Shown here piece after piece: positions 25,621 through 37,978 of a stretch of 64,000 bases of DNA. The stretch comes from Chiloscyllium plagiosum (lineage: Eukaryota). The DNA lies in contig NC_057719.1 in the NCBI RefSeq assembly GCF_004010195.1, forward strand, positions 95,696,094 to 95,760,093. Direction: 5' to 3'. The notes under the pieces were generated by a model, which saw nothing but the letters and a program-made list of their open reading frames with translations, was not told where the DNA came from and ran no database searches. Numbering within the stretch: position 1 is the first letter of the stretch; every line of letters begins with the position of its first letter. A program made the position numbers and the translations under genes.

Positions 25621-26449
25621 CCTTTTGCAGGTTGGGGTTCACTATAACAGAAAGTCACAGTTGCCTGTTTTGGCCCCATCGAGGAAAATGTTTGGAAATA
25701 TTTGGAGCAGCCATCAATATTGCATTGATCATTGTAATTGATGATCCTGCTCAATGCATCGTCTCACATCTCACATCACCCACATCCTACAATCTCTAAT
25801 GGTCTACGGTATAGGTGGCAAAACCATGGGTCCCTTGCTTTCAGCCTGTCTCCCCTACCCTCATCCAAGATCTCCCTTTCCTATACAAATTCTTTCAGAA
25901 CTAAAATTCTGGAATTCAGTGTGGAATCCTGGAGTTTGTAAAGATCCTGAGCGGAGGATGAGGATGAGGCATTATCTGATGAGCTTGTATTGAATTTCAC
26001 TGGAAAACTGTAGCAAGCCCAGAGAGCTGTCTTCATCTACTTGTGCCATGAACTACACCCCGAGTGACTGTGAACTGCTTCAGATTGCTCTGAGGAGATG
26101 AAAGGCATCATCCAAATGCAATTTTGTTCCTCTGTTGATGATCAAGATTTAATTTTCAGCAGTTTCTCAAACTTGTTATGAAAGGTTACAACTTCTGATC
26201 AACACATTTGATGTCAAAATTATCAGTACTGAGAAGAAGGGTTTCTGTCTCTCGCACTTTGCTCACTCATTATCAAGCTCTTGCAATTTAAAATATTCTA
26301 ATTAATTTAGAGGAAAATGGTGTAAGATTTTACCACATTGTTTGTAAAGTTAATGATGCAAGTCAACACCATTCTATGATTTTGTTTGTTTACAGGCCAT
26401 CACCCTTACAATCCTTTCAGGCACATTTAGCTTTATACTTGGTGTTTTT

Positions 26450-26652
26450 CTTTATTGCTGGAACAGCACAGCAGGTCAGGCAGCATCCAGGGAACAGGAG
26501 ATTCGACGTTTCGGGCTACATCATCATATAGCAATTCGGATCGTCAATTTGCTGAAGAATTCCTGAAGAAGGGCCTGTGCCCGAAACGTCGAATCTCCTG
26601 TTCCCTGGATGCTGCCTGACCTGCTGTGCTGTTCCAGCAATAAAGTTTCAAC
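26450..26652. mobile_element. Palindromic PLE pLTR insertion with captured 41-bp genomic filler and ~90-bp target duplication
   Basis: 26450-26516 is the reverse complement of 26579-26645. The flanks 26363-26452 and 26648-26737 are duplicated with 1 mismatch. Confidence 0.92.
26559..26594 (+). ncRNA. Minimal type I hammerhead ribozyme motif (PLE-associated)
   Basis: AUUC-CUGAAGA-A-GGGC CUGU GCCC-GAAAC-GUC^GAAU. Stem I is AUUC/GAAU, stem II is GGGC/GCCC, and stem III is a palindromic ACGU. Predicted cleavage after 26590. Confidence 0.8.
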
Positions 26653-26877
26653 ACCATTCTATGATTTTGTTTATTTACAGGCCATCACCCTTACAATCCT
26701 TTCAGGCACATTTAGCTTTATACTTGGTGTTTTTCTTATGAAAATGAGATGGACTTTATTTAATATGTTCATAGGATGTGAATATTGTTGATTCTATACA
26801 ACTGATATACATCGATTGTATATAAATATATATTATATCACCCAGAGATACATTTCACAGAGCTCCCATTAGTTCTA

Positions 26878-26946
26878 CATAGAACATAGAACATCGAATA
26901 TTACAGCACAGTACAGGCCCTTCAGCCCTCGATTTTGTGCTGACCA
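26878..26946 (-). mobile_element. CR1 extreme 3' tail fragment
   Basis: catagaacatagaac...tacagcacagtacaggcccttcagccctc matches 390-430. Confidence 0.8.
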
Positions 26947-27309
26947 ATCTGAATCCCTCCACTCCAACCATGAGATGCTGCCTCTATTAAATCTCAGCCA
27001 ATATTTTAGTCTTGGATGTACTCCAATGTTTGTCTACAGATTTGACAATGACATTGTTGTATCTGAGATAGTTGAGTGGATTGAAAAATTACATCATCAT
27101 ATAGCAATTCGGATCGTCAATTTGCTGAAGTCTGCAGGTTCTGCATTTGGAGTTTCCTCCAAGCCAGGAGTGTTATTTTTACAAATCTCCTTGGGCTGTA
27201 ATATGAGAGAGAATTAGAGCGAAGACAGCAGAGAAAAAGAGCAGTGGGCCAATAATTGTGATGTGCAAACCTTATTCAAACAGCACATTGATTTTCTTCA
27301 ACAAAATTG

Positions 27310-28095
27310 TTTAATCTAGATAAATGTACGGTGCTACATTTCAGGCGGACAAGTCAAGGCAGGACTTACACAGTTAAGGTCCTGGGGAGTGTTGTTAAAC
27401 AGAGACTTTGGAGTGCAGGTTCATAGCTCCTTGAAAGTGGAGTCACAGATAGATAAGGTAGTGAAAAAGACCTTTGGTACAAGAGCTTTTATTGGTCAGA
27501 GTATTGAGTACAGGAGTTGGGAGGTCATGTTGTGGCTGTACAGGACATCGGTTAGGCCACTTTTGGATTACCATTTTCAGTTCTAGTTTCTCTGCTATAG
27601 GAAAGATATTGTGAAACTTGAAAAGGTTCATAAAAGATTTACAAGGATGTTGCCAGGATTGGAAAGTTTGAGCTATCGGGAGAGGCTGAATAGGCTGGGG
27701 CTGTTTTCTCTGGAGTGTCAGAGGCTAAGGAATGACCTTATACAGGTTTATAAAATCATGAGGGACATGGATAGGGTGAACAACCAAAGTCTTTTACCCA
27801 GGGTAGGGGAGTTGAAAACTGGCATCGGTTTAAGGTGAGAGGGGAATGATATGAAAGGGACCTAATGGTTAGCTTTTTCACGCAGAGGGTGGTGCATGTA
27901 CAGAATGAGCCACCAGAGGCAGTGATGGAGGCATTTAAAAAGCATCTGGATGGGTACATGAATTGGAAGGGTATAGACAGATATGGGGGAGGGAGCAAAA
28001 GCTGGCAAATGGGATTAGATTTATTTAGGATACCTGGTTGGAATGGACAAGTTGAACCAAAAGGTCTGTTTCAGTGCTGTATGACACTGTGACTG
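27310..28095 (+). mobile_element. CR1/HER1 LINE 3' fragment
   Basis: LEKVHKRFTRMLPGL motif, followed by CR1 3' UTR. Confidence 0.92.
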
Positions 28096-28284
28096 AATGG
28101 CTTACCAATCTGTTTGAAGGGACAGCTCGGAGTCAACTGTTTTACTCTGAATCTGAAGGCACTTGTAGAATAAGAGCAGAAGACATGAGCAAGCCAGATG
28201 CATTTTCACACAATCCAGTAGTTTTAGGGCCACTGTGACTGGTTCTATGATTTCATTATTTTCTCTGTTGTATATCAGATACCT

Positions 28285-28590
28285 TATGGCTAAATCATTC
28301 GTTCTAAGCCTCTTGATGATGATGGGAACAGCTGAGCTCTTGAGGAATTGACAGGGGAGATGAAAGAATGTTTCCCTGTATACGAGAGATTAGGAGAAAG
28401 TGGCATGGTTTAAAAATGAAGGATGTCACTTTAAAATGGAGGTGACGATTTTTATTTCCTCTGGGAAGATTGTTAATCTGTGAAAGTCTCAATCCCAGAG
28501 AATAAAGCAGGCAGTATCATTTAATATTATAAAGACCGAGTTAGATAAATATTTGATTGACAAGGGAGTCAAAGGGAATAGCAGGTAAAC
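28285..28590 (+). mobile_element. Old CR1 3' fragment
   Basis: Decayed ...aagaccgagttagataaatatttgattgacaagggagtcaaaggg, typical of a CR1 3' end. Confidence 0.65.
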
Positions 28591-29003
28591 CAGATTGATG
28601 ACTAGACCAGATGAAGGACAGGTCTGGAAACACATGGGATTCACCTGAGCCTGTACCTTTGGAATTGAAGGGAAGTTGCTTTGGATTTCAAGGTCCATCT
28701 GTTTTTACGTCACTCTTGCTGTTTAACTAAGAGCTGTTTACTTGTCTAGGCTGCAAACAACTCAGAACTATTCCCTCATCTGTAGATAAAATCACAAATA
28801 ACAGAAATCACAAAAATTCTCTGTCTGCAGGTTATTTATTTTAATTTGTTTCAAGTGCTCTTCAAAGAGTTTTATCTCACTTTGAGCTATACTGGTAAAT
28901 GCAACATAACGGCATTGTTTGTTCATTATTATATCATTTTAATATGTTTTGAGAATAATTATAACTTATTACATGCTCCATCAATCAGCACAGGTGAAAC
29001 ACA

Positions 29004-29264
29004 GGAGCAGCATGATGGCTTGGTGGTTAGCACTGCTGCCCTCAGTGCCCAGGGCCCGGGTTTGATTCTACCCTCAGGTGACTGTGTGGAGTTTGCACAT
29101 TCTCCCCATATCTGTGTGGGTTTCTTCCCACAGTCCAAAGATGTGCAGGTCAGGTAGATTAGCCATTGGAAGTGAGGGGTTTTAGGTTTGGGGGTGGCCG
29201 TGGGTGGCATGCTCTTCAGAAGGTCGATGGGCTGAATGGCCTATTTCCACACTATAGGGATTCT
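29004..29264 (+). mobile_element. HE1-type SINE
   Basis: ggtggttagcactgctgcc, gggtttgattc and tail tagggattct. Confidence 0.9.
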
Positions 29265-30948
29265 GGGAATGCAATACATACTTTAAAAAAAATATTTTCA
29301 AGTTTTAGGAGGGTTCAGAATAAACAAAGTTCTGGCGTGTGACAATTTGCTTGAGAGAATGAGGATTCGAGAAAAATGAAAATCCCTTTATTGATATATT
29401 TCAAAGTGCAGTAGATTCAGGCCTCTACAAAGAGGTGAAAAAAACTAATTATGGGTCTGAATTTTAAACAGGGACAAAGGGTGAATGTTTAGAGAACAGT
29501 ATTTTGTACTTGGGAAGAAGTTAGAATATTAGGTCAATAACTAACTTCAAAGGGTTAAGTCTCACCAACGAGAGACTGTGTCGATTCAGAAAGGACAAGG
29601 TGGGCCTGATCGAAAATCCAGGAGCAATGCGAAAAACATGGTCCGGCAGGGTCTTACGTTAAACAGCTTCTTATGTTAAACAGCTATGTTTTTCATGCTT
29701 AGCACAATTTTAGTCAGTGTGTGGAAGTAAAACTGGATGGCCAGTGGTTCAAACTAAACAGTCAAAGTCCCTCATTACTAGTTAGTGCTCGTTAAAGAGT
29801 CTTTATGGCATTACTATGACTGTCAGCTCAGAGAACGCCATCCTCTATCAGTGACCATCTGTTCAGGAGAAAATATAGTCTTGTTGTGATTTCAATGCAC
29901 GCTCTTCATTTCATTCTCATTGGTGTTGGAGCTGTCAGTATCACAGTTGTTAATAAAGCATCTAAAATACATTGGGAGATTTTCTGAGACATTGTTCAAA
30001 ATTTACCAGTGCAGAGGAAGATTTAGTTTGGATCCTCTCAGGATTTCCCTTGTATAGTGTGTGTGCTGTGCTCTACCCCCTTATTGCAGTCAACAGCAGA
30101 AAGGAGGCGCTTTGTCACCACCATTTGGAAGAGTTGCGGGGGGTCTTCTTGGTCTGGAAGGGGAATGGAAGGGCAAACTGCAGTAAGGCAGAGAAACACC
30201 AGCTACTGCTAGACAGAAGGATGAGATAGATGGAAAGATATCCAACCCCTCTGTGAGCATAGGATATCCTCTGCACCAGGAGTCTCAGTACTACATTGAG
30301 GAACCTGTGCCCATTCTCACTCAGTTCCTGTGCCTCCTGCAACATTCCATCCCCATCTTCAGTGGAAGTAACCACTAGGACCCACATATTCTGTTTCAGT
30401 AACATTGTTGGTCAACAAGCTCAAATTACGGTCACTAACAACTGGGACCAAAATGTGCAAAATGCAGTCTTTTCAACAAGCATATCTCACCAGCACTATA
30501 CCCAGTGAGGTCCTGTTCTACACTTTGACCAAAATAGTTCATTCCAGATTTCTATGAAGAGATTGAGTGGAAAATGGTGAGGCAATAATGTTGTTACCTG
30601 GATTCACTCAGAAAAACAGATGATACCGTCTCAATAGATGAATGGCGTTCAGTTAGATGGATATGTGGCTGAGAAATTCATAGTTCAGGCTAAGAAATTC
30701 AGGGTGATACTTTTTGGGACATCTTTATGTGGAAAATGGTTTTACAATGGAACGCCATATTGGTTAATGTTGGAGTCAATGTTGATTGTAATTGGTATAA
30801 ATGATTTAGAGAAATAAATACTCAACAAGGAATCCTATCAGATTCTGCCACTGTGGTCTAAATGCTCAGTTATTAATACTTTAATAATGAGCTCCAGCAT
30901 TTTCCCTACTACTGATATTAGGCTGACTGGTCAATACTTTCTGATTTT

Positions 30949-31135
30949 TGTAGTAATTATAACAATCTCACATGGCCCAATCAGGGAGCCCTGGTGGACA
31001 GATATAAACAGGAGTGTCAGAGGTTCTGTTCATTCTGAGAGCTGGCTCTGAGGAGCTGGATCAGTGCCAAGGACTCTCCCCATGGAAATAAAGGGTGATT
31101 TGGTGATGGGCTACTGGCCTCTGTGGGTTATTTCA
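30949..31135 (+). mobile_element. Gypsy solo LTR
   Basis: TGTAGT...TTATTTCA, with CCAAT, gatataaa and AATAAA. Homologous to the LTR at 62362. Flanks atttt / gtttt. Confidence 0.85.
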
Positions 31136-31261
31136 GTTTTCTCACTTCCGCCCTTTTTCAATAGAGGGGTCACATTAACTACCCTTCAAACTGTAGGAAC
31201 TGTAAGAGTGTACAGAATCTTGAAAAATGACCACCAATGCCCCAAATATTTCAAGGATCCC

Positions 31262-31645
31262 ATTCTGGGATACAGCTCTGGAGATGTATTAGCCTTCAAT
31301 CCCATCAATTTCCCCAACACCATTTCCCTGATTTAGTTTGTTCCTCTCACTGAAGCTTGTGTTCTCCAACATTTCTGTTTGTTATTTGTGTCCTGTTCTG
31401 TGAACACAGAACTAAAGTACTTATGTAGTTAGCTGAAAATGTGTTGCTGGAAAATTCTGGGATACAGCTCTGGAGATGTATTAGCCTTCAATCCCATCAA
31501 TTTCCCCAACACCATTTCCCTGATTTAGTTTGTTCCTCTCACTGAAGCTTGTGTTCTTCAACATTTCTGTTTATTATTTGTGTCCTGTTCTGTGAACACA
31601 AAACTAAAGTACTTATGTAGTTAGCTGAAAATGTATTGCTGGAAA
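31262..31645. repeat. 192-bp tandem duplication
   Basis: 31262-31453 is repeated at 31454-31645 with about 4 mismatches. Confidence 0.95.
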
Positions 31646-31716
31646 AGCACAGCAGGTCAGGCAGCATCCAAGGAACAGGAGAATCGATGTTTCAGGCATA
31701 AGCCCTTCTTCAGGAA
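31623..31716 (-). mobile_element. PLE pLTR fragment with hammerhead-like motif
   Basis: Minus strand reads ttcctgaagaagggcttatgcctgaaacatcgattc. 15-bp TSD tacttatgtagttag (31610-31624 / 31718-31732). Confidence 0.9.
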
Positions 31717-32041
31717 CTACTTATGTAGTTAGTCAGCCATTTCCTTGTCCTCATTAAAAATTCCAAATTGTAATTTTTAGCACATGCAAACTTCAATAAC
31801 TTGCACTTCCCTTTCTGATTAATGGTTTTAAGTGAGCTTTCTCTCTAAAGTAAAAGACGGCCACAATCTGATTTGCAATTTTCTAGGAATATGTTATTTT
31901 GGTAAATGGAAAACATTTTATGAGATAAAATGAAGTATGAAACGTAAAAACAAATGAAGAATATGGTCATGGGAAAGTAATGATTTAATGAATCTACCAG
32001 CTGAAAATGAGCTATTTCTGAGTCACCACTGGATAATAAAC

Positions 32042-32418
32042 CCTTCATTTCATGCTCCTTGAAAATGTGTCAAAATCTCAAATATCTTTTTTCGAAGTAG
32101 AACTCCAGAGATAAATGAACCCACTAGAAAAAAAATTATATACGTACAAGAGGATGATTTTCTATTCACACACACTCATTAGGGCTAGTATGTATGGTTT
32201 GATTTTAAGAAACACATCTCTGTTACTGTAGTCTTTTTAAGGAAATAAAAAATTACACTCATCTGAAATAATGTCAGTTTAGTTCGCATACAACATTCAG
32301 AGCTCTGTAATCCAAACTGTTTTATTTTTTTTCTAGTGGGTTCATTTATCTCTGGAGTTCTACTTCGAAAAAAGATATTTGAGATTTTGACACATTTTCA
32401 AGGAGCATTAAATGAAGG
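32042..32418. repeat. 95-bp inverted repeat with 187-bp spacer
   Basis: 32042-32136 is the reverse complement of 32324-32418 with 1 mismatch. Confidence 0.95.
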
Positions 32419-32612
32419 ACTGTGATGCTGGAGATCTGAAACAAACTAAAACAGAAACTCAGCAGATCTGGCAGTATCGGTGCAGCAAAAACAATGTTTC
32501 ATGTGAAGTTCCTTCAGAATTTGAAAATGGTCACTAGAATCAAAACTTTAACTCTGTTTTCTCTCCACAAATACTGCCAGACCTACTGAGTTTTTCCAGC
32601 AATTTTTGTTTA
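32419..32612. mobile_element. Old inverted (head-to-head) PLE pLTR pair
   Basis: Antisense part ending ccttcagaat is joined to sense ttgaaaatggtcactagaatcaaaactttaactctg...ccagcaatttttgttt. Confidence 0.7.
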
Positions 32613-33184
32613 TACTGGTTTCAAACAACTAGTTCCTATGACTAAACCCAAAAGTCATCACTCTGTCAGATTCCTTCCAAGTCATAATGGAAAGTATAGG
32701 AAAAAGCAATTATAGATTGTTATAAGGCCTCAGGTTATTTTCCTCAGTTAAAAATATGTCTGCATCATTGAAAGTCAGAGGGGCCTAAGTTAAATAACTT
32801 GCAGAAATGAGGCTGAGGACTGCGGTTTGTGAATAACCCATGTTTGTCCCCAGGTAGCTCAATAAGTTCATGAGGCTACAAAGAAATATAAAGAGGCAAA
32901 GGGAAAATTGTGTAAATCCGTGTAATAACTCAAGGTAAATTGAACAGCTCTAAGTCAGTTGAACGTGAATTTCATTGATATTTTACATTGAAGGTCTACA
33001 TTATGCAATAACATGATTATTTTTATCAACACAAATCGACGGCAAATTTGGGTCAGTATCTACAAGATGTTCCTTTGTAAATGTAAGGCAGATTTAAGAA
33101 GGAATTGTTCAAAAAATGTTAAAATAAAGGGAGGGGATACAAGCTTTAGAAATAACTCTGTTCATCAAAAGCGCTTGCCTCCTC

Positions 33185-33535
33185 CTCAAAATTAATGTAG
33201 ACATTGCCTGGGCTATCCTGTCCACTAAAATCAGGACAAATTCTGTGACAAACTGCTCCCCTATTAGTCTACTCTCAATCACCAATGAAGTGATGGAATG
33301 TGTCATGGAGGATGTGATTAAGTGGTATTTGTTCACGATGTAATTTAGGTGCCACAGGGAGACTCTGCTCCAGATCTCACTGTAGCCTAGTTTCAAACAT
33401 GAATCAAGAGTTGATTCCAGAGATAAGAGGGCACTGATTGCTCTTGGCAGTATAAGAGTATTTGACTGAGTGTAGTACCAAGAAGCCTTAAGTTGAAGTT
33501 AATGAGAGTGAGGGGAAAGCTGCTCCCTGGCAGGT
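33185..33535 (+). mobile_element. Decayed LINE RT fragment (CR1/L2 group)
   Basis: Decayed RPISLLSIxxKVME-like and GF/GHSAPDL-like sequence. Confidence 0.6.
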
Positions 33536-36104
33536 TCCATCCCACCTGCACATGTCATGATTCCCTGGCACTGACTTGGAAATCAAGCTCCATTATTCCT
33601 GGAGGTGTCACAAATGTGAGAATTTGAATAAGTTCCACCTAACTGTCTCTTTCAGGTTAAGACTGTTCACTTTGCTCAACCTTTTCTGCTCCTTTTCCTC
33701 ATTTGTTCTCCAATCCTATATTCACCCATCCAGCAAGTATTCTGAGACGTCACCTTGTGTGCAATTACTAGAATAGAAATCAATGTACAACAGAAACAGC
33801 GTTAAAATTTGAGAGAGGATTGTGACAGCATTTTACTTGCATTATTGTCATTAAATGTGAAATCTGTATGAAACCACAGTAAAAGGAAAATAATTTTATA
33901 AATAGAATTTTAGCAAGTAATGTTTTGAAGTAAGAATGCATCTATAAATTTTGAAAATGCACACAACTAGAATTTTCTAAAAGTGTTAGCTGTTCCTCTC
34001 AATGCCAATTCTTACTTATTGGATTAACCAGTACCCTGGTTGGAGCCATTGGAACCAATCGGGGTGATCAGAAAATAAAAGTTTTCTGTGTTATACAGAA
34101 TCTATCAATTTCAAGCAGCATTCATTCTAATTAATTTAATCCCTAGTAGAGGCTGCCATTATTTCACGTTATCTGTTTTAAATACAAGAAGGCTGTAAAA
34201 CAGATACTTTGGGAGATTTTAATTTTACTTAGCTGATTGAAATTAAACACTGGGCAGTTGATATGCCAGAGGTCACTTTTTGACTGGACAACTGTCCAGT
34301 CACAATCATATCTGATTCGAGTCAAAGTCTCTGGGTAAGTGACCAAACCTGATTGGTGGGTGATGATGTCATTGGGACATGACAACAATCATAACTTTGA
34401 TCTTTGAGGGGAACCCACTGCAAGTTTCTCACCAGTTGAAGGACTGAGCATCAGGAAGTTGAAAGGCTCTTTAGTGGAGGTTTTATTTTAGCTTGTGGGG
34501 CTGGGAGGATCAGTGATGTTGCACAGGGTCTGAAAAGAAAAAAAAATCATCTCCACTTTCAGCAATATCTCTTTCTCACTGTAAGGCTGCCCAGGGTAAC
34601 AAATGTCTCCACATTTACCTAAACTCTGCTGAGCAGCTAAGGGGCACATGAGCAATGATTTCATACCGACTTTCCACTGCGATCAAGTGAGGGGATTGGA
34701 AATATGAAGCCGCCTGATTCAAATCAATAAGACCTCACACTGTCACCTTATTTAACAGAAACTAACTGGTGATTGCACAACTGAAATTTATAGCCCTCTC
34801 ACAATGTCCCTCTCTTCTCATGTACCAAAATGTAGATCGAATTATAAGATCTGTGATATTGTGCTTCCTTATCCAGCTGCTCAGAAACAATTACAGTGGC
34901 TTTGTGAATTTCTTTTTAATAATTTCAGTCCAGAGGCCTGGCCTGTTTGTCAGAGTGGATTGAAGGTACAAGTATCTTAAGTGAATAATTCACTTGTAAA
35001 AGAAAAACAAACATGCTGTCCTTTCTAAAATTATACTCCTTGGGAAAAAAGTCCTGAAATCTTCTCATTACTCTGAGGCCAGCAGAAAGACAGTTTCCCT
35101 CCAAGGGAACATTTTTTCCTAAAGAGCAACGACCTCCAGGAAGAATTCATCCCTCAACTGAGTCAGGAAGGACTGGGATCAGCCTGCATTGTGCAGGTCA
35201 TCTCTCATTGAAAGGAATTCTATTGTCATAATGAGCTGATCCTTTCGACATTTTAATACAGAAGAAAAGGTTAGAAATCAGACACGAACAAGAATTAAAC
35301 ATACCTACAGATTAGAAGATTGTGTTCCTCTTTCACAGATAATCCAGGAAAAGAAAACAATATTCATTGTTCACTGAACACTCCATATTGTCCTTAATGC
35401 CTGAGGATTATTAATCCTGGGCTGTGTCTTGATATCATGATGGGATATTATCTGATTAGAAATGGGGCTAGAAGCTAAGGACTAGGCAGAGAGTTGGGTT
35501 TATGTTGGATATGGTTATATATCCCTACTGCCCTAATCTAAGTTGGAGTAGAAGAAATATAAAAACATTGGCATTAGTTATTTTTTAATCAGTGAAATAC
35601 AAGACAAAAGCCTTTATGCGCAATGTATATGAGATGAAGGTATCAATTCGAGCATGACAATTCACATACCAGAGACTCCCTGGGGGAGAACAAAGAAATA
35701 CCTTCATTAATTGCATACAGTCAGCTCAACAAGTCAGGAAATCTAACTGCGACATTATCCTCAGTCAATAATGTTATGCTTTCTGTACTTTTTAGTTTTC
35801 TGTGTTTTACCCAGTGTTTCGGATAAATTTACCACTATCTTCACTCATGTTGCTCAGTGAATTTGTGTCGTGTAATGGGAAAGTACAGGGTCGGGACACT
35901 TTGACCTGGAATTTAATCAGGAAGTGGAGTTTTCTGTAGGTTGGGGCAGTGATTGTAATGAGGATGAGAGACATAACAAAAATGGGCTACCTCTGTACCC
36001 CGCAGAACCTAACTGCAAGGCTACATTTCCTTTTATTGATGATCTGGTGGTCTTTCAGACAGAACATGTGCTTCACAAAGTCAAAGCCAATGACAGAGAC
36101 GGCT

Positions 36105-36570
36105 AGTTCAAAGTTTGTGAGAAGATTTGTAGCTCGGGTGCTCGTTGTTGTGGTTCTGTTCGCCGAGCTGGGAATTTGTGTTGCAGACGTTTCGTCCCCT
36201 GTCTAGGTGACATCCTCAGTGCTTGGGAGCCTCCTGTGAAGCGCTTTTGTGATCTTTCCTCCGGCATTTGTAGTGGTTTGAATCTGCCGCTTCCGGTTGT
36301 CAGTTCCAGCTGCCCGCTGCAGTGGTCGGTATATTTGGTCCAGGTCGATGTGCCTATTGATTGAATCTGTGGATGAGTACCATGCCTCTAGGAATTCCCT
36401 GGCTGTTCTCTGTTTGGCTTGTCCTTTAATAGTAGTGNNNNNNNNNNNNNNNNNNNNNNNNNNNNNNTCCTTGCATGGGATTTTGTACACTACATTGGTT
36501 TTGCTCATGCTGGGTATCGGGTCCTTCGTCCTGGTGAGTTGTTGTCTGAGAGTGGCTGTTGGTTTGTAAC
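36105..36570 (-). mobile_element. PLE (Poseidon-like) 3' fragment: GIY-YIG C-terminus plus pLTR; spans a 30-N gap (36438-36467)
   Basis: Minus ORF TLRQQLTRTKDP...NVVYKIPCK...AREFLEAWYS...SINRH. Confidence 0.92.
36183..36222 (-). ncRNA. Hammerhead ribozyme motif in the Poseidon-like pLTR
   Basis: Minus strand GCA-CUGAGGA-U-GUCACC UAGACA GGGGAC-GAAAC-GUC^UGC. Stem I is GCA/UGC and the core is intact. Confidence 0.8.
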
Positions 36571-36965
36571 ATAACAGCATAACAACACACAATCCTCTGA
36601 AAGGATCCCAAACCACGTGTTTTCAAAGTTAAAATTCAACCCTCCAAATGGCAGAAGTGAAAAAGAAATCAAGCCGCATATAATTTTACATTATTGATTA
36701 TACCTCTCCATACTTTCCTGAGACTATTGTGTCATTTCACCCTTCCCTTCCCAGAAACAGGTCAAAATATTAAGCACAGCCTGACTAGGATCCCTAGCAA
36801 TCACAATGTTGCTGGCTGTATAAAACTCTATTACCTTCAAAGCAAGATTTCCCAGTTGCCTGATTTTGTGTAATTTGAATTTTATAATCCATTCGTTGAA
36901 TTAGATTTATACTTTTAAATGGCACTAAAGATGACCTTTACATGAAGATACAGCAAGGAACTATC

Positions 36966-37261
36966 GAGCCATGGTGGCTCAGTGGTTAGTACTGCTGTCT
37001 AACAGCACCAGGGTCTCAGGTTCGATTCCAGCCTCGGGTGACTGTCTGTGGGGAGTTTGCACATTCTCCCCGTGTCTGTGCGGGTTTGCTCCGGTTTCCT
37101 CCCACAGTCCAAGGTTGTGCAGGTTAGGTGAATTGGCTGTGCTAAATTGCCCATAGTGCTAGGTGCATCATTCAGAGAGGAGTGGGTTACTCTTCGGAGG
37201 GTCAGTAGGGACTGGTTGGGCCGAAGGGTCTATTTCCACACTGTAGGGAATCTAATCTAAT
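36966..37261 (+). mobile_element. HE1-type SINE
   Basis: A-box tggctcagtgg, B-box ggttcgattcc, tail gtagggaatctaatctaa. Confidence 0.93.
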
Positions 37262-37978
37262 TATGGCCAACTGGGTCAAAACAAACATCTATAAAATACA
37301 ACAGAGTAAGGTTTACCAACTGATCCACGGTTACCAGCTCTTTTAAAATTTAAATAAAATCTGACTTTGGAGAATGTTTTTGATTAGCCATTCTCTACTA
37401 TTGTGCATTTTTAAAAAATTGAGGTCTTAATATACTTTGCAAGTTGTATGAAACATGCAAATGTTCTGTGAAAATAAAATCTAAATAAATTAAAGCATCC
37501 TTAAGTCTCAACACTGAGACTACAGAACTCCAAGTCTCCAGTAACAATGGCCTGCCTTGTTTCCATAAGCAATGGTTTTCCTGTGGGTCACTGCTGGCAC
37601 ATTATTCCTCACTGTTCAGCTCCATCCCCAGGGGCACCAACCTGCTGAATTGATGCCATCCTCGTTGTTGAGCAACCCAGGAAACTCCCAATTTGGAAAG
37701 CACACAGCACACACGCTGTGCTCACTGGGGAACAGATGTGGAAAGCAGAAAAATAAATGTTAAAATCATTAAAGGATCAGGCCTGCTGATTGCATATATG
37801 TCCACTGTATAAAATATTAGCCATTGGAAAGTATGTGCAAGTGGTCAGGGCTATTTTTGGAGAGGTTTTTGTCTATTTGCCAGGAAGTATTGCTGTGTCT
37901 AACCTTTGCTCATCTCTCTGTGACAACACTGCCACTCTCAGTTTCCTTGGGGTCACTGTTGATGAGAAATTAATTAGA

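Larger units (their letters stand above)
30870..31760 (-). mobile_element. Old CR1 fragment hosting an LTR, a PLE insertion and a tandem duplication
   Basis: Minus strand reads ...YxPVSLISVVGKMLELII at ~30880-30940; similar to 59240-59600. Confidence 0.7.

Noticed and set aside
29960..30540. Harbinger transposase or L1/Tx1 remnant
   Set aside because: Only vague motif resemblance; too decayed to assign.
36438..36467. Biological feature at the N run
   Set aside because: Assembly gap of 30 N inside a repeat.
36966..37040. tRNA gene (also 55241, 29004, 10600-10670, 23135, 49822)
   Set aside because: The A/B boxes continue into SINE core and LINE-derived tail; no complete cloverleaf is seen.
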